Shown: piece after piece, positions 14,331 to 26,165 of the stretch | How the letters are laid out: the number at the start of each line of letters is the position of its first letter | How positions within the stretch are numbered: the first letter of the stretch is position 1 | Origin: Ruditapes philippinarum | Taxonomy: Eukaryota | Assembly: GCF_026571515.1 (NCBI RefSeq) | Contig: NW_026867385.1 | Location: forward strand, 124,001 to 188,000 | DNA: 64,000 nucleotides | Direction: 5' to 3' | Program-made: the position numbers and the translations under genes | Notes under the pieces: generated by a model | Told to the model about the DNA's origin: nothing | Databases searched by the model: none | Seen by the model: the letters and a program-made list of their open reading frames with translations, nothing else

Positions 14331-15536
14331 CTAAGCCAAAGTCTAAAACTGATGCTCCTATCTTCTTTTCTTTAAATTGTATTTGAAATTTCGAGTTTTT
14401 TGGGAGTGTCATTAAAATATTCCAAGATAATTTTTTATGTATTTTACTCTAATATAGATATTGCATACCATTCCTGGCTGGTCTATTTATTAATCTGCTG
14501 TTGAGAATTCGTATGTCCTGTATTTGTTTCTGGAAAATGATGAGAATGCATTAATTAAAAAGTTCAAAAAATCGCCATGTTATCTTTTTGTTTACTTAAC
14601 TGAATGATACTTCTTCCCTAAATGATGAAAAACTTTATCCAAGAATCAGATCATTATTAAGTGGTCTAAACGAACCTTTTCATAACATTTTACTCTAAAA
14701 AGCGATCGTTCCCTGTTTGTATTCATGTCATTATTTCATAACTTTTCTAAAATGTCTGGTACTGATTAATTTGATTAAATTGAGAGATTTAAACGCATGG
14801 CCGTTAATATTTATATAATGTTTACCATTATCTTGTAACGGGCAATGACTTTTGTATCTGAAATAAACTCTTGCCATAAAATCAAGACATATTGAAAATG
14901 AATATCAATACTTTCTGGTATGGTGAGGCATAATTTCGCTTTCATAAAAAACAGTACATAAATGGAACACGTGACCTGTAGACTTTTTAAATTGAACTGT
15001 CTGTTACAAATATTTGTTATTATTACGTGATTTTTTTATTTGTCGTAAGCTTTGGCGTCGTTGTTATAATAATAATAATACTAATTGAATGAGTACAATA
15101 TCAGTTTCATTTTTAAATAGAATCATTCACTCAAATGTCACATATATATATTCTATTCACGCAATTAAGAAACCTCCGATATTAATGACACTTATTTCAC
15201 TTATTATACTTTAACACTAGGTGATTTTATCAAGTTACGTTAAAGTGTCCACTGGCATTGAAATATCGTCTGCTGCAATGCAACATATATCTATGACGTA
15301 GGTTTTGACATATAGCTGATTCCCGCAAATTTGTACCAGAAAATCATTTCCAGACGACCAAATGTAATTTAGCGTTTTCTTAACGAACTGGCATTTTGGT
15401 GCTGATATGTGTCAGTTATTATAATTAAGATACTTTCTGTATCATTTTATTCATTTATGCTTATCTGTCTATTTCAGAAAAGTATTTGAAGTTTCAATAA
15501 TTAATATTACGTTTTACATATTTTATCTTTAATTAA

Positions 15537-15871
15537 AGGAGCTCCACCGTGGTCAAATAAGCCTAAAAACATAAAACTTGAAATTCTCACGTAAATCAAG
15601 TGAGGCAGAAAAAACTTGAAAGACTACAAAGAATGATTAAGATATGTACTCATAATTTAAATAGAATATCAATTTTTAGCAATTCTTAGCCCGATTTGAG
15701 CAAAGAAGGTTGCAACGCTTTTCACTTTTGGGACATTTTGCACAATAAAAATGGACACGGGGTGAGAGAGTGGTCTGAAAATTTGCACACAGACCAACAT
15801 TAAATGGTACACAAATCTCGGGAAAATATTACAAGAATCTTTATATATAAAAAAAACTCATTGACGTGCCT
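15537..15871. mobile_element. TTAA-flanked non-autonomous DNA element with AGG...CCT ends (Kolobok-like)
   Basis: TTAA|AGGAGCTCC ... GACGTGCCT|TTAA. The paralogous sites at ~13715 and ~10590 lack this 335-bp segment. Confidence 0.65.
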
Positions 15872-16159
15872 TTAATGTGTTTAGAGTATCAAACTACAAG
15901 AAAAAATAAGTAAAATATGGTTAAGACAATATTTTTGAAGACTGGCACAAGAAAATAAGTGTTATATTTAAATAGTTTTGGTTATATGTATTGCATATTG
16001 AATAAAGTTAAGAAAAATAAAAGTGAAATATAAATTATAATATTGTTTTACAATGCAGACAGATGCAAATCTTTATAATCAGTTCTGAATATATGTGTTA
16101 CCTGATATTACATGTATCTTAGAAATAAATATACAAACCAAAAACTGAATAACCTTTAC

Positions 16160-16290
16160 ATCTTTATTTTTAATTTTACGGCGCACAAACACAGTATTGG
16201 TCTATTGGCGCCGAAACATGAAAGATGATTTTGTCTGTACTCGGGTATTACAAACTTCAAAATCACCTCACCATCTGGAACTAAGAGATG
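16160..16290 (-). mobile_element. Degenerate SINE 3' tail fragment
   Basis: TTTTACGGCGCACAAACACAGTATTGGTCTATTGGCG resembles the reverse complement of the CGCCATATGACCTATACTGTG tail at ~14295. Confidence 0.35.
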
Positions 16291-18289
16291 CATAGACTCC
16301 AGTTATTTGTACAAGTTCAGCCGCCTCTTACGATCACGCAAAGACAAACGGTGGCTGCAATTCTTATGCTTCAACCATTAAAGGCGATCCTCTGCCACAA
16401 TTATTGTAGATAACCAATTACATATTCTATGTTCATGGTATTTTAGCGTTGACATTTCAAACTCATATTTTTGTGATATATTATTACAACAAATTAAGCG
16501 TAAATTGTTTTAACCAAAGAGCATTTTTTCAATAAACACAAAGGCATTGCTGACGTCAATCTCACTTTTTTTTCATAAAAACAACAATTGTAGTAAAACC
16601 CTTGTTAGCCTTTTTTGAGTCTTGTCTTTTGATTGGTATTGTGATAAAATGATATTGTCTGATTTCTTAAGTCGACCATTTCAATGGCAGTGTAAATGTT
16701 AAAGTATTTGGAAAATTCTATTCTGCTATAGTCCTTTTTTTTTTTTATTTTCAAAATTTGAGATTTCTCAGAAAAGTTTTTAGTAAAACACGTATTTTAC
16801 CCCAAAAGTAAATATTTTAAAAAAAATTTCCCGTTTTTCTTAAACGCAACTGAAAATTTGGGTTTCCCTTTATTTTTTATGAAAATGATACACTACAATT
16901 TTAATGTTCAAAAGCCTTCATATTCTGCTACAGCTCTTTAAGCTTAAAATTTAAATCTAGAATAAGATCAATATTAAGTGGTTAACGAGGCTTTTCACAA
17001 TATCAAATGTTTTGCTCTTCTTGTATTTATCTTTTTTATTTCTTAACATTTATAAAATGTCACGTACTGATTTTATAAACATGTGGGATTTTATTTCTTT
17101 TTAAGCACATGAACGTTACAATTATTATAGAATGTTTAACATGATTTTTGTAAAGGGCAATGACTTGTTCATATGTTACTCAACTTTGATTGTCTCCTCA
17201 GCACTCTTGTTAGGGGTATGTGAAAATAAAAGACCAGTTTTTGCTTAACTTTATACCCATTGTTGAATGTACTCTTCATTTATTTCTTAGTTACTATAGA
17301 AAGGGTAGCTGAGTTTACGAAAATCCCGGATTTGCAAACTTATTCCGGAAGCTGTTTGTATAAGATTATAAGCATAAATTCAAGATTTATTTGTTTTAAA
17401 AATATTTTTTACTGTTTATGGTACGGTGTGGCATAATATCGCTAGTTTACATACACATTGAACATGGAAACCATAATCTGTTGACTTTTTTTAAATAGAC
17501 AAGCTTCATTTTTTATGAACTGTCTGTAACCCAGTTCGGGGATTATATGATGAAAAATTTACTTTTGTAAAACTGTGGCGTTGTTATATGTGGCAATATC
17601 ATAGTCTAAATAATTACTTCATCAGTTTTATTTTTAAATATAATTATATATTCACCCGGTAAAATGTTAATACTATGCAAATGTCATATGTTTTGACATA
17701 TACGTATATGATTCCCGCAAATTAGTGCAAGACAATTATATGAAACAGTAAGTTCAAGACGACGAAATGCTATTCAATATTGAATTCTTGGCAAATGGAC
17801 ATTAAGTGCTGATGCGTCTGCATTAGTTGTGCTTTTCTGCCATTGAAAATCAAGTCTTTATTGAAAGAACATGCATTTCAATGTTCAATATTTAAAATTT
17901 CGCTGAACAAAAGTAAATAACGCAGATCATCCCTGAAAAAGTTACTCTCTAAATCGGCTATTAAAAGTTCGAATTTCTCTTTATTGTTCTTAGAAATTAT
18001 GATTTTTTTACAATAATAAAGTTTTATATTTTTCTTCTGTTTATCTCAAACAACGGAATAAAGCTTATCCAAGAATCAGAACATTATTAAGCGGATAACG
18101 AGTATATTTTTCTCTGCTCTTTGCATAAGGTATGTATTTGCAATGAAATACATGACTGTTGATACCTACTTATTTCCAAATTAGAACTGACCAACTTTTA
18201 ATATTTAAGACTGTCTATTTTTTTTTAATTTATAAGTAGCGTTGATGATTTAATGTTGCTATATACCCTCTTGATTTCAAAATAAGGTG

Positions 18290-18928
18290 GATACAAAAGA
18301 GCAGAAATGCAAACGGGTTTCCATATATATCCTTGTGTAAGGCTTTGGCTCATCATCTACACTTTTGACTGAGATTGTTTTTGTTGTTTTTTTCATTATG
18401 ATTTTTATTATTTTGTTGTTGTTTTTTTTAAATCAGACGGATAAATCTAATTTTGAATTTAGCAATCTTTAATTACTGTGACCTTTAAATTTTGGCTGAA
18501 TTAACTTAACTGAAAATAATGAAAACAAAACATTTACTAGCTGATAGCATAAATTGCATCGAAGGTTATTTTTGATATTTTACCCACATCAGACGGTGAA
18601 TATGATAGTTTTTACTAATCTGGACACCAGACCTGTGGCTTTTCTCATGGGGTAAGAGTAAAAGATTTCTTGGAGAAATGATTTAAACGATGACCAATGA
18701 AAATTCTACTTTTGATGCTCATAAACAATAATTCTTATCCAACCTACCTTATCTAATTCCCTTTCCAAAACCTTCTTTGCGGTTTTGAACACTTACCAAT
18801 GTAAATATGGTTTTTAAATGCGAACAAGCCTTAATTGTTGCCACTGGGCATTTAACGTCGCACGGAATCCTCAGCAATATACTTATGCTATTCTTAGACC
18901 ATATCCCTAGTGTTGTAGCAGCAAAACC
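18290..18928 (-). pseudogene. Possible decayed two-exon coding fragment of an unknown gene (paralogs at ~26715-27333, ~34405-35013, ~39975-40591)
   Basis: Minus strand acceptor TCTTTTATAG| then a composite reading GFAATTLGIWSKNSISILLRIPCDRSATTLNAQWQQLRLVRI*KPYLHW*VFKTAKKVLERELDKVGWIRIIVYEHQK*NFHWSSFKSFLQEIFYSYPMRK. Then a ~74-nt GT...TTTTCATTATTTTCAG intron and KLIQPNLKVTVIKDC*IQN*IYPSD...SAKSVEDDEPKTQGYIWKLVFISALLY. All copies have stops and frameshifts; family not recognised. Confidence 0.3.
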
Positions 18929-19789
18929 CTATAAAAGATATTTTAATAACATATATTTATCCTTTTGACTTTCTATTACTTATTAAAATCCAGACATTCT
19001 TTTTCCAAATATAAATTAGTATAATTAATATACTATTCAAAATTTGTTTTCATATTTATTTCCAAAATTAACAAGAAATAATAAATAACTAACTAAACAA
19101 TTCAATAACATGTGATGTTTGTGTATATTTAACATTTATTTATTCCATTAAATTTGTAATGTACATGCATATTATTTTGTGTTTCACTAAATAAGCATGT
19201 AATCACATCACTTCGTATACCTTTATGAGTAAATATTTTGGGTTTGTGATGTTATTATGACGATTTTGTAAATAATCAGTTTTAATGTTCATTTTTTTTT
19301 TATTTTCATGCAGACTTAATATATATAAAAATCTGAACACACAGTTTTCGACCTTAACCTTTAATGGCATTATTTACAAGTGTTATTTAATAATTGCAAC
19401 ACTAACTTATTTTATTAAGTCACGTTTAAGTGTTCGTTGGTTTAACTGAAATGTCGTCTGCAGAGAGAAAAGAATTGTCTATGACGTAGGTTTTGACATA
19501 TTGCTGATTCTCGCAGAATTGATATTCTAATCTTTATAAAGCAATCTTATGGGAAATCTGTGATATTTCAATAGAAATGAAAAATGAATATTCTGTTCCA
19601 GACGACAAAATGTAATTTCAATTTTCTAGATAAACTGACCTGAAGCGTTGGTGCGAGTCAAAAAATCATACTGTTATATCAATAGATAGTTATATTTATA
19701 TTAATGTGTCTCTAAATCAAACAAATGGTCATATGGTAATTCCATACAGCAAAACTGTAAATGATGCAGGTTGTTTCTTTACTAGTTAA

Positions 19790-20427
19790 CCCTTTCCCCC
19801 ATGAGCATATTGTGAAAAATGGCCGTTTTCACTGAAAAGCCTCCTGTTACAAGTTCAAACTGCTATGAAACTATGAAAAATGCTTCAATACTAATCAAAC
19901 TTGGCACAAATGTTGACTGGACCATTGCCTTTGTAACGACATGCTCAGTCTTAAATTTCCTGTTACCATGGCAACGAGGGGACATCTCAAAATTGCCAAA
20001 AATCACTATTTTGCCTCGAATTTTTTCCATCAAAATTTATTTCAAAGTGCTGCAACTTCTCAAGCGATTGAGATAGAGTCAAAGCTTTTCAGCGTGGTTA
20101 CACGTTACATTATGATCGACCTGGGGTCATTTTTTAAGCCTCTCACAAGTCCAAAAGTTTTTCTTGGCGAAATGAGGGGGACTACGCCCCCCCTTCAAAC
20201 CCCCCTAACAGAAGGTGGGCTACATCCCCCCTTCTGGCAACCCCCTGATGTATCGTTTTGGATGGGGGCGGCGCCGAAAAAGTGCTCATTTTTTTTAAGC
20301 AACATTTTCTCAAACGAAAAACATGTGTTTTTGGGCCCAAATAAGGACATTTTTTCACTATTTTAGGCCCTAACAAAGGGGGGAGGGGTCGAAAGTGCGT
20401 TGTTTCGCGTATATATGGGGTAAAGGG
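19790..20427. mobile_element. piggyBac-like non-autonomous element (TTAA flanks, CCCTT...AAGGG 13-bp TIRs), present only in U1
   Basis: TTAA|CCCTTTCCCCCAT ... ATGGGGTAAAGGG|TTAA. Empty single TTAA sites at 28190, 35869 and 41434. Confidence 0.85.
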
Positions 20428-23379
20428 TTAACAAAAAATGATGAAAAACTTTAGAATCACCTAAAAACTAGTTTTTCCATGTTAACATGTGGTCTTTCAC
20501 CAAATTTTGATGAAAAATTGTTGTTTTGTAACATTTACAATTTTTTTAGTTAAGGATGGCTTATTGTTCTAAAACAAGGAAGAACCCAAATCAACCCACA
20601 CTTTGTAGACACGCATGGAACGCCAATGGTTAAACGATTCCTCGCGTATTTATTGAAACCGGATTGATTATAATGATAATTAATTCCCTGTAACAGTGAT
20701 AATAAATTAGGTAATAATTAGAAGAAGTCTTATCAGTCAATAAATAACACATTACCCAAAGTTAGACTAAACAGAAATTTGAAAAATACTGCAATGCGAT
20801 AGGACAAAAAACAAGTTGATCATTACGTCTTTAAAATGTGTATGAAAAATATTTAGAACACATAATTGTACAAAAGAATACGTAATCGATATGTTGGCTG
20901 TCTAGAATTGCGTTTATACAGACACATTAAAACATTAACGTGTTCCCATTTGTATAATGTTTTTCTCTGCTGCGTAACACTACACTGTACAATATAAACA
21001 TTCGTACTTTAGGAGCTTTTATGACCTAAATGAATTCCATAGACTGCACGTACACCGCTGCAGCGATCGGATAACGTAAGTCCACTAGTTTTTTTAATAA
21101 GTACACAAGCTCTAATAAACATGTCACGCTCTTTTACGTTCTAGAAATTCCACTTATGCATGTTTAGACGTTTTGATAAAATATATAAAAATGTGATATA
21201 AAAGATCAGAAAAGCAATTTCTTTGTTTTTATATTCTACTGTAGAGAGTTATATTAAAGTAATTTTATATTACAAATATGAAATGATTTAGAAAAACAGA
21301 ATAATAATTTTCAGCCAAGTATTCAACAGCTGTTGAAACATGTTTCTTCATCTATTTTGCTATGATTTTTTTATATCCAATAAAAGAAAACCTAATCCAA
21401 ATTTATACCCTGCAAGTACGAAAGTAGTGATCAACAGGAGAGAGCAATATTCATAGATACCTGTCGATTTTATGTTAAACAAAAAAAGGAATAATTCACT
21501 GACCTATAAAATGTAAATAAGTATAAAGAAATATTTGCATACATACATTTGAAAAAAACAAAATTGGGGTGAATACCGTGCCTGACACTTCATTACCACG
21601 ACAATTTTTTAGAGCATGACCGCCGACGCCTTTTATCCTACTGATCTACTTCAGTTTTTATAATACAAAACAAAATGTCTGTAAAAGTCTAGTAAGAAGA
21701 TACATCTAGAGAGCAATTAAAACCTTTCAGACTTAAAGTTGCTAGAGCTTGTTTAATAAACAATAGTTCAACATCTCACACGCTCTCTCCCACCTCCTCC
21801 TAAAATCTTTAAAATAACACTTGTAAATCATACTTTTTTAAGTTTTGAAAACATCTTATGCATTAACCATATAAGGTGATTTTAAACAATTATGACATGA
21901 ATAAACAGACATGTTAATCATTACAGACGCTGACATTTACTGGAAGCAAAGTCTAGCTGAGATTAATGTACCTGTTGTAGAAAAAACAATATCCACAATT
22001 TTCGTTTAAATGTCATCAGCAGATTTATATTTCTTAATAAATTTTAGTTTCTAAAAAGCAAATGGCAAATGTTATTAATTTCGTGTCAATTGATGAAACA
22101 AATAATCTGAATATTAAAGTAAATAAAGAAATGATAACTCAAAGACTTTGTTTTGAAGGTCATCATATGACATATTAAAAATGTGCGTTTAACATTAGTG
22201 CATTTTGTCTTGTTTACATCGTTTATAAGCAATCATATAACGTTACCAAAGGTTAATGTTGCAGACAAAGACAACCTTTATCTACAATTATTATCTACCA
22301 TTTGTATCGATTTACTCTTTTGACTGGATAAATAAATGGTAAATAAATTCCAAAGACCTTTTTCTGATCTTTTAACCTGTTTACTTAGAAATTTGTATAA
22401 TAAATAAAAGTCGCAAAGTTTTCCAAGAAGGAGCTCGTCTCATCTTAAGGTAAATGCTAAGATATTGTCATTAAACAAAAAAATCTCGAGCAAGGTTACT
22501 GCTCTAGATGTCTTTATTTTATTATTTCTTATTTTTATGGAATGTTACGTACTGCCACAAAATGATAAAACTGCATTATTTGATACCAATTGATAACACA
22601 TTACCAACAATAAACATTAAAATCAAAAGGACAATGATTGTTTATCTCAAAAGATCATTGCTCAACCGCCTAGATACATTTAAAATAAAAAGAAAGAAAA
22701 TATGATATTACAAGTCACGTTTGGGTGATCATTGGAATTCTGAAATGTCATCTGCTGAGAGAGAAGAAATGGCTATGACGTAGGTTTTGACATATTGCTG
22801 ATTTCTGGAAAAGAAAACCTTATTCCAATCTGTACAAAGCAATAAATCTTATCATCAATAAGATTGTATTGTACTGCTTGTAATGAAGAATACAATGGTG
22901 TCGATTAACCTTTTTAGAAAAACGTTAAATGTGTTGTGCTTTAGTCTTAAGATTTCAAACATTTAGTATGATACTGAGGGCTTTCTTGAACAAAAAATTT
23001 TCTTTTAATTTTTTTATATTTAGAAAAGTAACCAGAATTTATATCTGATATTTTTGTAAAAGTTTATTTATTTTACCAAAAACTTAAACAATGCCTAACT
23101 TCATTTGTTTTAAATGTATGTACAATAATATAACGTTTTTGTAGTAAAAGACCCTTTCTCAGTGAGCAATATTTTTTAACTGTGTAGTCTGACCAGGCCC
23201 TTGAACTTTTGGCTGCACATCATTTTGTATTTTGTGATTGAAATCCTTTGATTTTTCAAATGACTTTACTAAATTCAAAGCAGGACAAGTCCATTAAAAA
23301 TAGATAAGCAGATTAAGTGTAAACCCTCAAAACATCTGAAACATGATTTTTGTTCAGTTGACAGATACACGATATTTGT

Positions 23380-23505
23380 TTACAGTATCAATTCCCATTA
23401 TTAGTGTTTTTTTTTCATTATTTTGTCCTATGTTTTACACATTCAATATGTAAAACATAGAACAAAGTAATAAAAATAACATTACCAATACGAAACTTAT
23501 TGTAA
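23380..23505. repeat. ~125-bp imperfect fold-back palindrome (copies 31061-31185, 38695-38820; left arm only at ~44305-44360)
   Basis: TTATTTTGTCCTATGTTTTACA-cattcaata-TGTAAAACATAGAACAAAGTAA: inner arms 20/22 Watson-Crick complementary, with looser pairing out to ~55 bp. Confidence 0.85.
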
Positions 23506-23744
23506 TTCGCAAAATTGTATACCATGAAGCTATTGTCCTTTTTTGTTGAAACGTAAGAAAAATTTAAGAAATTGGTTTAAACATACACATAAATTTAAGA
23601 AACTGGTTTAAACATACACATAAATTTTAATATAAGATATTCCGAAAACATTACATTACATTTTCTCCTAATAAATGATGTCCACATCCTCACAAGCACA
23701 CATCATACATGTATATCAGGTAACGTTGATGGCTGATTTTTGGT

Positions 23745-23995
23745 GGCGACCGAAACGAAATGGTTGAATCCCGCAACTTTACTGAAACACGTTCACCAAT
23801 ACGATGGAGCATTCAAAAAACATGAGTTACTGCTGTCGAGATGAAACTTGAACTTATCCGTGAAAAAAGCAAGTGCCCAGTCCTGCTACGTGAAGAAAAT
23901 GTATCCGCTGCATCAGACAAAACGTGCTACGCGATGATGTCGCTGGGGGAAAATCACGTATGGCTGAACGTCTTGGACATATGCCGCTTTTAAAA
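23745..23995 (-). pseudogene. Tc1/mariner (Tc1-type) transposase remnant, U1
   Basis: Frameshifted minus-strand peptides GICPRRSAIR and F.TD..KFHLDSS match the Tc1 segment RRP..RP.L....R..R.....W..VLFTDESRF around the first catalytic Asp. Confidence 0.75.
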
Positions 23996-24037
23996 TTGCT
24001 TTTTTCCAGAAATTTATTAATACCTAAGTGTATTTTC

Positions 24038-24101
24038 ATTGGTAATATATATAAAATCCTATGACGTAATAAAACATTAGTCTTTTCGTAAATTGGTGAG
24101 T
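24038..24101 (+). promoter_or_regulatory. Candidate TATA core promoter followed by a very short exon and GTGAGT donor (repeated at ~31674, ~39286, ~44967)
   Basis: ATTGG-TAA-TATATATAAAA-TCCTA-TGACGTAA-...TTAGTC (Inr-like, ~30 nt after TATA)...AATTG|GTGAGT. The donor is kept in all four units. Confidence 0.35.
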
Positions 24102-24860
24102 GACAGTAGTGTTTCATTTATTACAATCGCACCGTAAATATAAACTTCTCATTTTAGATCTCAAATATAGAGTTATTGATTTACTTTAAACAATAGTTCT
24201 AAGCTCATGTTCAAATAGCCCATTTAAGAATCATGAACAAGTTGATATAAATGCATGTAACATACATCTTGATGATACATTGCTTTCTGTGAAAATGAAT
24301 ACATTTTTCCCTGCTCTTTATCATAAAATATGTATTTTCAATGAAATACATGTTAAACTTTAACCTTTTTACCTACTTATTTCCATAATGGACTTGACCA
24401 ACTTTCCATATTTGTTTTTGTTGTATTAGTAGCGTTGATTATTAAGTATTGCTTAAGTGTTGCTATATACCCACTTGATATCAAAATAAGATCGTACAAA
24501 TCCCATTGGCCATAAATATGGCGGGGTGGATGACGGAAATTATGTGACTGAAATTAACGTAGATTTAGTTCATACATGACTACATGATTAAATAGATAAC
24601 TGTTTGACCGATATTAGGTAATTCTGCACAAAAATAAAGGGATAGTGGTGAACTAAATAATTGCTAGTGATTTTACCGCAATAGTTATGCATATAACTAT
24701 GCTGATGTATTCACGCCATCTGGCACCGGCTAGATAGGTACTCAATTTTTAACAACTAATGTGCTAGAATCAATCATCCTGAAAGACCAGAAAAATATAA
24801 CAACTCTGGATTTAAGTACGGGGCAACATTTTACAGCTGTAACATGGGTCTTAACAACTG

Positions 24861-25288
24861 ACCCCGCATTCACAAAGAAAAAATTAGGATCAAATGATCC
24901 TGATTTTATTTTCATTGTTTTATGACATTAGAAATTATCGTATTTTGCTAGAATTAAATGGTACTTAATCAAAATTTAAAGAATTGCTGATTTGCAGAAA
25001 AAAAAAACTTATTTTGGGATAAAATCGACGAATAACAAAACAAAATTAGGAATAATTGGATCAAAATAAGGATCAGTTTTCGGATCAAGATCAATATTTT
25101 GATCAACTGTAAAATGCCCATATCTTGCAAATATAACAATAAATTTATTCTAAAATTTCATAAACATGCCATTTCAAGTCCAATTTTATCAAGTTATTAT
25201 TAAATATTTAATCTATAAGGATAAACAATGGAGAATATTTGAGTTTTTAAATTTGATCCTGATCCTTAAATCTTTGTGAACACGGGGC
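24861..25288. mobile_element. PIF/Harbinger-like MITE with CTG target duplication and GGATCA subterminal repeats
   Basis: ctg|ACCCCGCATTCACAAAGA ... TCTTTGTGAACACGGGGC|ctg, with repeated GGATCA/TGATCC inside. Confidence 0.75.
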
Positions 25289-26103
25289 CTGCTGTTGTAT
25301 AAAGTATAAAAAATATAACCAGATAAATCATCTGAAAAAAAGATGATCCCTCGGAAGCATTTAAAACAACAAAATTACATGAAAATTGAAGACTCGGTTT
25401 GGTTGAGTCTGTACATAAGGAATAATGAAAAAGTGCAATATACCTCACGCCTCTACCACCGGATTGAGCGGTACTAAATTTTTTGATACTGAATGTGCTG
25501 GAATCAATGATCTCGAAATACCAGAAAAACCAACAACATAATAGCGGACAATATAGACAATGATCAGACAGTCTTTTATTACGGACTTCTACGGTCACCA
25601 AGCATGATATCTTGGTATCAATGAAACGCCTACATCTAGAATATTTTCTTTTGTATGATTTCCTCTTTTTTGCAATACGATAAGAACATGGGCAAATTTG
25701 TTATTCAACAGATACATTTTATTATTATCATTATTGCCACTACAGTATTCTTACATAGTATTGCATTTTGTATTGACGTTTAATGTAATTAAGGCTTCAT
25801 GAATACTCAGTATATAATGTTCGCTGCCCTGCAGGGTAGCTTTGCTGGGATCTTATGATATGACGAGGACCGCGTTCTGTAAAAGTCGCTTTGCCATAAT
25901 GGTCTGCGTTCTCATACTTAATTATCAGACAAAATCATTTGTATGAATTTATATAAACTCCATTTATGCTTTAGCACAATATCATATGACAGATGAATTA
26001 TCAAAGTATTTGGAAAATACCATGTTGAGAAATGGGTTATTGAGAAACATTTCATACTATTGCAGTTCAAAGTAAATTCCAGGCACTGCAAAGATTATTC
26101 GAA

Positions 26104-26165
26104 AGGCCAATATTATTATAAGAAGTTCAAAACCAATCATTTATTTCGAAAAGAGCCAATCAGAA
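26104..26165 (+). promoter_or_regulatory. Triple CCAAT-box cluster (also 33806-33866)
   Basis: GGCCAAT...AACCAATCA...AGCCAATCAG spaced ~24-27 nt. All three boxes are kept in U3. Confidence 0.45.

Larger units (their letters stand above)
10060..18100. repeat. Old diverged tandem array of a ~1.8-3.2 kb unit (about four copies)
   Basis: Collinear recurrence of landmarks: core module (10251, 13407, 15234, 17690 partial); GAACT(A/C)CAAGAAAAA (10612, 13738, 15892); CCAAT/CRE module (11051, 14150 eroded, 16530); AAATGTCACGTA (11651, 12477, 17056); GGGCAATGACTT (12757, 14840, 17155); GGTA(T/C)GGTG.GG.ATAAT (12834, 14917, 17420). Confidence 0.85.
18108..24303. repeat. Young tandem array, unit U1 (lacks the 2.2-kb segment; carries a 0.76-kb TTAA insertion)
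   Basis: Start TTTCTCTGCTCTTTGCATAAGGTATGTATTTGCAATGAAATACATG aligns with 24304 and 31940. The body is collinear with U2-U4. Confidence 0.9.

Noticed and set aside
19819-20376. 141-aa ORF and neighbouring ORFs
   Set aside because: Inside the piggyBac-like MITE, with no transposase similarity.
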